Of a stretch of DNA of 64,000 nt, positions 1-11,354 are shown piece by piece; position 1 is the stretch's first letter; each line of letters starts with the position of its first letter. The stretch is from Macrostomum lignano (lineage: Eukaryota), in NCBI GenBank assembly GCA_002269645.1, contig NIVC01000666.1, forward strand, positions 354,832-418,831. Reading direction: 5' to 3'. The position numbers and the translations under genes were made by a program. The notes beneath the pieces were generated by a model. It had not been told where the DNA came from. It did no database searches and was given only the letters and a program-made list of their open reading frames with translations.

Positions 1-1420
1 CAAACTATGCCACATCCAACCCACGTGTGCCTAATAAGGCTAACAGAAGACCCACATCATGCTTAGCATCCAGACAGTAGTCAACAAGGCATGGGTATAT
101 TCACCACCTGATCTGGATAACAAAAGAGCAATGTAGGGAAGCTGCTAGCTCCTTGATCTTGGCCTCAATGTCTTATTAAAAATGAAGGTTTATTTTTTTC
201 TAGAAAGTTATTGAGAAGAGAAGACTTTTTCTTTAAAAGTTTTCTTTGAAATGGTACTTGCTTCATTAATTGCTTGTGACTCAACAATGTTATTATTGTC
301 AAGATCAACATCTCAGTGCTTGTCTCTTGCTGGTCTGATTCTGAATGGCATTGCTAATACCATGGCATTATCAGTGTATTAGAGTTAGAGTACAAAATAT
401 GAGATATGAAGTTTACTAGTGTTTTTCCTTTTTTCTAACTTACTACCTTATTTGTGAACTAACTTATTAACTACCTTACTAATAGTATACTACATTGCCT
501 TAGACTGAGGGTAAAAAATAGTAGTACCCTATGGAAACATAAGCTATATATGCAAAAGCTATATATGCATCCTTATACCTATAACACTGTATTGCAAAGC
601 AAAGTAAAAATGCATAGGTCTCCTTTCCTACTAGGTTATAAACCTAGGGTAATAACTAATAATAAAATGAAGTAGTAAATTGCAACCTCATTGATAGTGG
701 CAACAAATTGGTCTCCAGGGTTGGTCATAACATATATATAGCATGAGATTAGCTAGCTTGGACAATAAAACCAACTTCAGGCTAGTAATCTTTCTGGCAA
801 CCTCTAGCTTAAGCTAGCTAGTCTAGCTATTGCCTATTAGCATGACCTTTGATAGGTAAAATGTTATGTTCCTATATAAATACAGATTTGTTAAACTCAA
901 ATACAAGCAGCTACCTTATAGATTTTCATAAAGTAATCCTACCACTACCATCAATCTTGATGCAATATAGACCTGCAGCAAAGCTAGGTCCAGGTCCCGC
1001 AGATGGTCAAAGCTGCTAGCCAATTATAAGCTCCTTGCTAGATTCTGCCATTGTGTTTTTATCCCAAACCTGGTAAATGACATTGCCAAAGGCCAACATG
1101 ATAATCACATTTGTGGCATTGAGAGTGGCATAGGTAACAACATCTTTGGGCAATCCCCACTGCATATGGTCAACAAGGCTATGGCAGAAAGCCTTTGCAA
1201 TTTCCCTAAATATTCTCTTTAAAGTTCTATATGGAAAAATTATAATAAAAACTTTCATATAACAGTGATGATAAATATTTCTTTTTGTAAAAATAGCATT
1301 TTTTTCTCTAAGATTATAATTTAACCCAACAAGGTAATCAATCTAATGAGCCTTTATCTCTTGGTCACATTTTCCAGTTCACGCATTCCTTTTGTACACT
1401 CAAGAAGTTGGCCATAGCCA
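1..1420 (-). pseudogene. Decayed coding remnants of an unidentified gene inside a CpG-void block
   Basis: The minus strand gives protein-like segments with typical NNC/NNG codons, broken by TGA/TAG/TAA stops: 172->1 DIEAKIKELAASLHCSFVIQIRW*IYPCLVDYCLDAKHDVGLLLALLGTRGLDVA*; about 1205->1067 EIAKAFCHSLVDHMQWGLPKDVVTYATLNATNVIIMLAFGNVIYQ between tttag| and |gtttgg; about 1012->973 FDHLRDLDLALLQ|gt. I could not join them into one frame and do not recognise the family. Confidence 0.4.
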
Positions 1421-1809
1421 ACCATTGTGTTGCCACTTTCCATTGTATCAGTCAAAACTTTTTAGGAAAAAAGTGCCTTTTGAATTTTAAGTATTTCTTT
1501 TATTTACTAAAACATTACTAATTTGCATATGTTATTATGTTTAGCTCATAATAGATTTTTCTGCTAGTGTTTGCCATGACTCATAACTTTAATTTTGACA
1601 CCCTGAAGTTGGATCCCAGACTGCTCATTCATTATTAATTGCGCTGAATATAGGGGTGTGCTTGGAATACTGTGACCATGGTTCTAGCAAAAAAAGCTAG
1701 CTCAGGAACTTGATTTTTTCTTTCATTTTTTACTTTTTTCATCACTAATGGCAGCTCTGAAACGCCTTTAAAAATGATCCACTTCATGCTTCATTGAGTC
1801 GGCGCCGCC

Positions 1810-4300
1810 ATGTTCTACGCGCATTTCGTGCTGACCAAGAAGGGCCCGCTGGCCAAAATCTGGCTGGCCGCCCACTGGGACAAGAAGCTCACCAAGGCTC
1901 ACGTGTTTGAGACTAACATCTCGTCTAGCGTTGAGGCCATCCTCGAGCCCAAGGTGAAAATGGCTCTGCGCACATCCGGCCATCTGCTGCTTGGCGTTGT
2001 GAAAATCTACAATCGCAAGGCCAAGTACCTCCTGGCCGACTGTAACGAGGCCTACGTGAAGATCAAGATGGCCTTCCGGCCGGGCGCCGTCGACCTGCCA
2101 GAAAAGAGTCGAGAGGCTGCCGCCGCCGCCATCACCCTGCCAGACAATCTGCAGGACTTCGAGTCCGAGGATCTGACCCACATTGCCGACCAGCTCAGCG
2201 TGCCGGTGGTGCATACCAGCCGGCCCGAGGACATCACCATGAAGGAGCTGGACGCCGGCGAGGCCGAGATCAATCTGGGCCGGCCTGACGACGATTTCGG
2301 CGAGGCCGCCCTGGAAACTATGCGAGACGCCGGCGCAGAGAGCCTGTACTCTCAGGTACTTTATTTGAAGCTTTGGTGGGGCAAACGGTTTTGGCACTCA
2401 ATTTGACAGTTCTGCCTCTTTATTCCCGATTGGCTTTTTCATTGCTCCTATCTTCTCCTAAGCATGAACCGCCGCCCTCTGACCCCATTAGGAACCGCCC
2501 CTGAACCCATTAGGAACCGCCTGAACCCATTAGGAACCGCCATTTGACCCCATTAGGAACCGCCCCCTGACCCCATTAGGAACCGCCATTTGACCCCATT
2601 AGGAACCGCCCCCTGACCCCATTATAAACCGCCCCTGAACCCATTAGGAACCGCCCCTGACCCCATTAGGAACCGCCCCTGACCCCATTAGGAACCGCCC
2701 TCTGACCCTATTAGAAACCGCCATTTGACCCCATTAGGAACCGCCATTTGACCCCATTAGGAACCGCCCCCTAACCCCATTAGGAACCGCCCTCTGACCC
2801 CTGGAAAGAAGACGTGGCCTCTGCTATAAGCCCCAGCAATCAGTATCCAGGAGCTCCCCAAATTCCCCATCCGTAGTCCTGACTGATCCATTGCTCTATT
2901 CGCTAATCCGCACCGCCTTTGACAACTGGCAGGGCGCCAACAGCACCGGCCAGGCTGACGACATCGGCAGCATCGGCCGCGGCCGGCACTCCAACCAGCA
3001 GCACCAGGACAGCACCCTGGTGGACATGGAGAACGCCGCCGACGAAATCGGCCTGCTGGCCGGCCCCGCCGGCGACGACGACGACGACGAGGACGGCTTC
3101 GGTGGCGACTTCGAGCCAACCGACCTATTCGACGATCTGACCACTAAGCGGCACTTCGAGAACGTGCTGTCCGAAATCGACCTGCAGCCTCAGCCTCAGC
3201 CAACGGCTCCTAGCAGCGTCCTTGGCGAGCAGGAGTCCCGGTACGCCCTGCCGCCGCTGCCGGACATTTCATCTGCGTCGGCTGTCGGCAGCCATCAGCA
3301 CCAGCAGCACCAGCAGGCCGGTCAGCATCACCAGCAAGGAGCCAGCGGCCCATCCGAGCCCAGCGTGCGCAGCCACGTGACCGCTCGTCGGGCACGCCGG
3401 CGTCGCCTCATTATTGACGACCAGAAATCGATCCCGTCCGAGCTGATGAAGGCTCACATGCAGGACACGTCCGAGATCGTCACTGTGCTGGACTTGGCCC
3501 CGCCAACTAAGAAGCTCATGCAGTGGAAGGAGACCGGCAGCGTTGACCGGCTTCTGTCGCACACGGCCCGCCTCCACCTCAGCGACCGCCTGCTGCGCCT
3601 CTTTGCTCAGAACGCGCGCACCCGCCCGGCCGCCAGCGGTGCCGACGCTGCGGCTGCTGCTGCCGCCGCCGCCGCCGAAGACGAGGACGCTGACATGCGC
3701 GACCTTCAAGAGCTCATCACTAGCGAGACGCCGCATCATCACCATCATCAGCATCACGAGAGCGTCGCCATGACACCGATCCGTGAGGAGCTTAGCCACG
3801 GCCTCATCAGCACCAACACGGACCCGCTTATCGCCTCCTCCGCTCCGGCTGACCAGCCGCTCATCCCGGCCTCCGTGCCGCTGCACGGCAGCGTCCACAC
3901 GCCGTTCCCCTTCCACCACGGCGACACTGACATTGTTGACCAAGTTGGCGGCCCGCCTAGCGTCTTCAACCCCACCGGCCTGTCTGCCGAAGAGGATCTC
4001 GACCGCCAGATCACTTGCGAGGATGTTGAAGAGGCCACTGAGGAGGCGCGCACCGAACGACGCGGCGCAGCCATGCTGAAGGTTCTACAACTGCGCCTGG
4101 AAGGCCGGTCAGCCGCTGAGCCGTGCACCGTGTCTGAGCTCACTATCGGCAACGGGCGAAAAGCGGCAGCCGCCAAATTCTACACTCTGCTAACTCTGTG
4201 CAAGGTGCGCGGCGTTGAGATGCAGCAGAATGACGGCCCCTATTCGAATATCTACGTGCAAAAGGGTGCGCGCTTCGCGTCTCTGCTCAGTTCCGCGTGA
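1810..4300 (+). CDS. RAD21: Cohesin kleisin subunit RAD21/Scc1 (2 exons, about 637 aa)
   Basis: Exon 1 is 1810-2355 (CAG|gtactt, phase 0) and exon 2 is 2933-4300 (ctaat branch, ggcag|GGC). N-terminus [36 protein letters not shown] is the Rad21_Rec8_N signature. [11 protein letters not shown]...[17 protein letters not shown] matches the STAG/SA-binding region, and [12 protein letters not shown]...GPYSNI is the C-terminal winged helix. [12 protein letters not shown] contains an ExxR at the position of the first vertebrate separase site. Confidence 0.97.
2468..2800. repeat. About 21-22-bp minisatellite (gaaccgcccctgaccccattag)n in the rad21 intron
   Basis: About 15 imperfect copies are directly visible. 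Confidence 0.95.
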
Positions 4301-4478
4301 ATCACCGGTTGCTAGGATTCAGTGGCTCGAAATTATCTACACTATTATGGTCTATGAGCATACTAAACTGCACTATTGCTTTTAAATAGTTGAATTAACT
4401 TCTATAACCACAATGCATTCGTACGTACCTACCCACTGAGGAGTCCTATATCTTTGTGGCTCTGATCCTAAATTGTTA

Positions 4479-4926
4479 CCCACCCCACCTCCGCAGCATC
4501 GGGCTCGGGCCCTAAATGACACCCACCCCACCTCCGCAGCATCGGGCTCGGGCCCCTAATGACACCCACCCCACCTCCGCAGCATCGGGCTCGGGTCCCT
4601 AATGACACCCACCCCACCTCCGCAGCATCGGGCTCGGGCCCTAAATGACACCCACCCCACCTCCGCAGCATCGGGCTCGGGCTTCTAATGACACCCACCC
4701 CACCTCCGCAGCATCGGGCTCGGGCCCTAAATGACACCTACCCCACCTCCGCAGCATCGGGCTCGGGCCCTAAATGACACCCACCCCGCCTCCGCGGCAT
4801 CGGGCTCGGGCCCTAAATGACACCCACCCCGCCTCCGCAGCATCGGGCTCGGGCCCTAAATGACACCCACCCCGCCTCTGCAGCATCGGGCTCGGGCCCC
4901 TAATGACACCCACCCCACCTCCGCAA
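4479..4926. repeat. 43-bp GC-rich minisatellite downstream of rad21
   Basis: Unit acccaccccacctccgcagcatcgggctcgggccctaaatgac, about 10 copies. Confidence 0.95.
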
Positions 4927-6727
4927 AATCAGCTTCGGCAATAACTAATCACAATATACTAAATTATGTCCTATTATCGATGTGACTTGTGTGGCATATT
5001 CCGGCGTGTTGCGGCAAACTTATAGCATTTGTCTAGCGTACATTTTCTCTTGCACATAATTTTGTTCTGTACTTCTTGTTAGCCTCTACAGTACCTATCA
5101 TTATGATGATTGCTATACTATCGATTTTCGGAATCAGTCTGACACTGTCTTTTTTAACTCGTAATTGATCATTTTTGGCGCAGCCTTTAGCGCCCTTTTT
5201 TCGCCTGGAGGCAGCCTGTGTAAATTATAGCTAAATTTCGCGTGCACCCGCACTCATCATTGATGTATTTTTATACACATTTATTATAGCTCGTACTGTC
5301 AATGTCGATTCTATATTTACAATGCATGCACCGCTTCCCCCCCTTGTGTACAGAGCTGCAGGTTTTTAATTGCCTAACTTTATTCAAATCGGAATTGTTA
5401 ATTTTGCGGCTTTTTAATCAATTGAATTGCTTCACTTTTATTTATAATTTTCTTTTTTTGTTTTTGCGCATGTGATTGAACTTTCCGCTTTGGGATTCAG
5501 ATTTTTCGCATGCCGCACGATCGCTTCTATTTATCCCTTGGATGTTGTAAATTTGTTTATTTCATTGTATATTGTAGCTTCGTTTTAATCTCTTTGCTGC
5601 ACGTTGCGAAAGCTTTTATTAACTTTACGCACTCCCCCTCCTGTACATATAGTGCATCGTTTTATCTGTCGTATGCTCGCTTCGCTGTTTATTATTATAA
5701 TGCCAATGGGGGCACATTATTATACAAAATATATATTTTTCTTTAATTCACTGCTTGTTCTTCGTGACACTTTTTAACCGAGCCATTATCTTACATAATT
5801 CCGTATCGTAAGCTTATCATTTAAATAAACGTCTTTTAGCTGATAGTTATTTGAAAACTTTCAGGCCTTCGATTTTTTGGGATATTTGACTAAAATTGAT
5901 AGAATTAAACCGGTCTACGACATTAGCCCGCGGGAAGTTTGTCCGCAGACATTTGACTGTCAAATTACATTATAACTCGTATAACTGGTTTACCACTCTA
6001 TGATAAAATCGAAAACGAATTTTAATGGTCCATTCTTGTTTAGATCAAAGTTTGTTGGTCTGCTAAAAATGAATTATAGCAGTAGCAAGTTAAACACTCT
6101 TAACTGATCCATTCCAGGCAATTAAACAGTCAATTTAGTCAATCAACGGAACTTCTCGTTAGTAAAAGCATTTGCTTTTAACAATGACACAGAAGCTTAG
6201 TGTAACAAGTGTTAGACAAAATATGTGAGCAAGGATCCTTCTATGCTCTCAAAAATTTCTGTCGGCTAATACACTTTTTACGCTGCTACTATCGCTGGTA
6301 CTATCAGTTGAAAAACTGCAGCTGATTGGCTACGAACGCACTATGTGCTTTAAGGATTGTTTTACACTTTCATTGACTTATTATCTAGTACCAAGTCCTT
6401 AAATACTAGTAATTCTGTCTTGGACTAATGCTTTTACTTTAATTAGACAGCCGAATATCTGAGGGCGTCCCAAGATTTGTAGCGTCCCAAATCCAACAAT
6501 AAACCAAAGATGCTAAAGGCGTCAAAAGATAAAAAGCTGACTACCATTGCTGAACAATGGGATTAGGATCTCGAACTTACAGTCTGACGCTTCTAACTTT
6601 GACCCAACCAAACCGTATGTTATATGCAAACCAACCAACCATTTTGTAACGATGATTAGTTGGATTTAAAACTGAAACTAATCATAATACTTTATATACT
6701 GGCAAAGATGCCCTACTTGACTTTGGA

Positions 6728-7739
6728 GGTTCCTGGACACTTCGCCATCTTACCACTTCGTCATCCACTCTTATTATTGGACACTTCGTCATCTTACCAC
6801 TTCGTCATCCACTTACTAATGTGGACACTTCGTCATCTACTCCCTGGACACTTCGTCATCCACATTTTGTATGAAAAACTTTGCTATATGTAACATGTAT
6901 ACTCGTACATGCAACTACATAACTATATAAAGATAGCCGAACCGAGGGATGTGACCCAGGCGAGAGCAGCTAAGCAGGAAGCTGCGGATGGAGAGTTCGC
7001 CAGCTCGATATTTAGCCCAGTTGCGCTCTGCAGACTCCTGCAGACTGCAGACTGCAGGCCCATGTGTTGTACACGGCGAAAAATTGCTTGGGAGTAGTGG
7101 AATAGGCAGCCCTGCAATTTAGCACGAGGAAAAACGGAGCGCAGTGACTTCCAGACAGCAGCTTCAAAATCAAGCACGCATGACTCAGGACCTGCCTGGC
7201 CTCCAATTACATTCTTAAGTAAATTAAAGATAGAATTGTAATCATGCACAGACTTCCCTGACAGCAAGGAGAGCAAGGTGGAGCAAGGAGAAATCCATGG
7301 CCACATACTTTGTTGCCTCCCCTGGGTTGTAGAAGTGATAATGCCAATTTTAGGCTTTAGCAAGGAAGCAAAAATAATTATTAGAGCTTGGCAAGTTTGA
7401 ACATTAGAACAAAATTACAATGAGCACTAGTATCTACGTATGTACTCGTACATTAAAGCGTGCATATGCAAACTGCGTATACATTGTGTACATTGGATGC
7501 CAATTATAGCGACAACAGACAAAATTGACTAATATAATTGAGTAACAATTTATAGCAATAACAATCGAATAACAATTTACAGCGTTGCTAAATCTTGGGA
7601 TGACGAAGTGTCCTCAAAATTTGGTCACTTTGTCATCTAGATTTACTAACATTTTTTTGATATGACGAAGCATCCAAAAACCATGGTCACTTCGTCATCG
7701 AGATGACGAAGTGGTAAGATGACGAAGTGTCCAGGAACC
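6728..7739 (-). mobile_element. Internally deleted MULE (Mutator-like) DNA transposon
   Basis: TIRs ggttcctggacacttcg(c/t)catcttaccacttcgtcatc at 6728 and its reverse complement ending at 7739. Identical 8-bp flanks actttgga (6720-6727, 7740-7747). The minus-strand ORF 6923-7363 carries the MULE transposase core LLSGKS..DY..IF...VLDFEAAVWKSLRSVFP.AKLQGCLFHYSQAIFRR. Confidence 0.92.
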
Positions 7740-8101
7740 ACTTTGGATGTCAGGTCTGGAGCTGCAATGAGTTGAAAAGATAAATAATTGTTATAAACGT
7801 TACAAAATCTTGGCCCAAAAGACACAATTTCAATCTTTCTTCTTTCTAGGAAAGCAAGTGAATCGTTCGTTCGGCATTTTCAGAGCAGAGTCACTCACTC
7901 TAACTTGTCTAAGGACTTGTCGTAAACGAATTATCTTATTGTGAAAGTACATATGGTTTATCCTTTAGTTTATAATGCAGTTTATAGATTTGGTGCGTCC
8001 TCGGACGTGCTATTGCCTGCAGAATCTCGGTTCGGACGTTCTGGATCACCGGAGTGAAAGAATAGATACTTGCGAAGTTGCGATACACATCGTCATATGT
8101 A

Positions 8102-8536
8102 CATACGCGTAGGAACGTGGGGGCCAGTGGTACCATCCCCCCACTTTTTTAATTTTAATTTTAATTTTTGGTTTTTGCTGCTTTGCATGAATGCATTTTG
8201 CTGCAGGGCGACAAAACATAGCGCCTGCAGCGCCAAAATGAGTGCCTGCGGCGCTAAATGAGTGCTTGTGGTGCTGAAATGAGTGCCTGCAGTGCTAAAA
8301 TGAGAACCTGTGGCGCTTAAATGAGTGCCTGCGGCACTAAAATCAGTGCCTATGGCTATGCCACTTCATAAAATAACATTCTGACAATATGCATTCTGAA
8401 AATAATTGGTACATGATAATGTGCATTTTCCATGTAAAAAAATCTAACTTAATGGGGGCATGCACCCTGTGAAACCCCCCCCCCTAAAAGACCTGCCCCT
8501 CCCCCCCCCTACTTTTTGAAATGTACTACACCTAGG
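8102..8536. mobile_element. Decayed hAT-type MITE with internal 20-21-bp repeats
   Basis: Imperfect TIRs catacgcgtagga / tactacacctagg (9/13). Near-identical 8-bp flanks catatgta / cctatgta. G/C-run subterminal blocks and about 7 internal units of agcgcctgcggcgctaaaatg (8220-8355). Confidence 0.6.
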
Positions 8537-11354
8537 CCTATGTATATGTAAAATTGTGGTTATCTTTTATTTTTTCATGTGTAATTATTTTCTTTGAAAA
8601 TTTGTAGTTTCTATTCAGTTCAACAATTAATACTATAACAGATTCAATAGAAAGATTGATGTTTTAAACTATATATATATATATTTTCAAATATATATAT
8701 ATTTGAAATATATATATTTTTTTTTCAAATATATTTTCAATTGTCAACTAGGACCTTGTAAAACTGGTAAACACCAAATGGGTAGTCCTATAAATAAAAA
8801 AGCAACAATACAATGGTTGTAGATATAGATAAGAGGCTAGCCATGGTTCAGTGGTACACTAAGCTAAAATGATTAGTTGCATGATAGCTTAAGTTATGAC
8901 TATGAGTCTACTGCATCTGCCTCACACTGACTGACCACTGACAAAGTCTATCCACCCAACTATTAGTCAGACTTTGTGCCAGAGACAAATCTTTCAAGCT
9001 ACATCAATCCCCTTTGAATTGAAAATTTATAAGAATATAATTAAACATTCAAAAGTTAAAGATTGCCAATATTGTTAGAGTATATAAAGTACAACAGTGC
9101 ATGCTAATTGACCTACATTAACCATTATTATAGATATCTAAAATGACTGTTAAAAAATAATCAAATTTAAGACCTCTTAGGAAATACCTTTTTTACTTTC
9201 AATGAATTTTATTGTCTGTATCATATATAAGAGTGATGCTATCTTGTTTTTCAGAAATGTATATATTGATAGCTTTTTAATAGTACTTGCACTAAGCTAA
9301 AGCCACATATTGGCTGAAGCTTAGTTATACAATTGCTATAGCAAAAGCTATCCACATGTGTATTGTTCCTTTTTGCCTATGGTTGGCTAGTTGGGATAAT
9401 TTAATCTATGTTATATCATGTTATATCATCTTATAATAAAGAAAAAATATACATAAGGCTATAATTTTAGCCTTGCAATTATGGAATAGAGTAGAAACAC
9501 TTTGTTTACCATTAACTAAATAAGTTTGCTATTTAATATTTAAGAGCTACAAATCAAAATATATTTATTAAAATATAATTATAATAGGCCTAATCTTGTA
9601 TATTCCAAAATAGTCTAACCTAATGATATATTGATTAAAATAAATTTTGTTTTACTATATATATAATATTTTTATTGATTATATTAAATAATAATTTATA
9701 TATGCCATAGGCCTAACATAATCTATATAAAATTATATCCAATTTAATTATTATGTATAATAAGCCAACATATAATATATAAATAATTATTTTCTTTGCA
9801 AAGTTTGTAATATATAATAAGACTTGTTTAGCAATGCCTTACAGTCTATAAAAACCTTTAAACACTTGTTCTTTAAAATTTAAATCTTTATATAATTTAA
9901 ACTTATCCATTATTATATAGGCTAATACTGCTAATTAACCAGACTATTTCCTTTATATTAATGCATATAAATAGTATAGCCTAGTAGTAAATTTCTAACA
10001 CAATTTTGAAGTTTGCACTTTTTGATGCAAAAAAAAGGTATATCCTCATATTGGTATCAAAAAGCATCCTGGGTACTTGTATATCTTGATGAATGGTATT
10101 TATAAGCTAATCAGCTAATAATTGAATCAATTGTTGAATCAATATTTATTGCAATTCTACTGCTTTTCAATAGAATATTGAATGCATGCATTTGTACTAT
10201 GGACAAAAATCCTAGACAAAAGTCATAAACAAAAGCCATAGACCCCTCTGCAAACTTCAAAATCATGTTAGTAATTTCTCCTATTGGAATAAATGTTGAA
10301 AAATTGTGGACGCGCACTTTAGAAAAGAGTCAAATTATTTTACTGCACTTTAAGATTATTAGAAATCATTTTCTGTCAAAATCAAAATTTGCTAACTTTC
10401 TGAAATTGTAATTAAAATTTTCTGAAATCAAAATTCAGAAAAACAAAGTTAACTATGACAAAAACTCACTTTTTTACTCTTGATTTACTGCTTATGCAAA
10501 ACAAAATACATGTATATGTAGCACAAATTAGTTTATTTTTAGCCACTCTTTTACACACTTCCAAAATTTCAATTTCCAAATTTTTTCTAAATCAAAATTC
10601 ACTCTTAAAAATTCCAAATTTTGGAAAATCACAATCAAAATTTTGAAAAATCACAATCAAAATTTTGGAACATCTCTAAGCATTATACGAGGTATTACAA
10701 GTGTATAGGCCCTTTCAACAAAGGTATTAGACCTTTTCCATACATTTTTATTTGGTAGAGCAGCAGCCAGCAGGAAAGGGCAGCACTGCTGCGCGCCTGT
10801 GTGTGCACTGCAATTTAGAAAAATTTTGAAAGTGCGCCAGATGCCATCCGCAGTTTTACAACTTTTTCCTATAGGGGTAATTTCTTTGATACAGTTTTGC
10901 AATGCTAATTTTTGCCAGGCACATGGTGAACACAGTCCAGAAACTTTTGCAATACCCTTCATACTAGTAAAATCATTATAGTAAAGCATTGTAATTTTAA
11001 TAAATAACAAAAAATTAATTAACAAATTTTATAATAAATTTTACTGTATACAAATTACATTTGAAATCAGAGTTTAGATTAAAAAAACTGAAGCAATTGT
11101 TCACACTTCATTTAGACTTTTTCACAGTGATTTCCTGCATACATATATTGTAATGCTGAAGTCTAGGCCCCCAAAACTGATACATATAATGTATATCTTC
11201 TCTGTTTACATTCTCCAAACCTGTTACATAGGTATGGCGTCACTTTAGACTCAGTTCTGGATTCGTTGGCTAAGTACTATATAAGCAGTGGATTATCAAT
11301 GAACTGCATGGCATGGTTATATATTAGTCTGCCTAAATACGAGTAGATTCTAGC

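Noticed and set aside
1768-4176. Antisense ORFs overlapping rad21 (and similar ones over DENN, Ig and ptc exons)
   Set aside because: Expected shadow ORFs of GC3-rich coding sequence.
8665-8740. AT palindrome tttcaaatatatatatatttgaaa (and a similar one at 20041-20095) as terminator or hairpin RNA
   Set aside because: Low-complexity AT self-complementarity with no supporting features.
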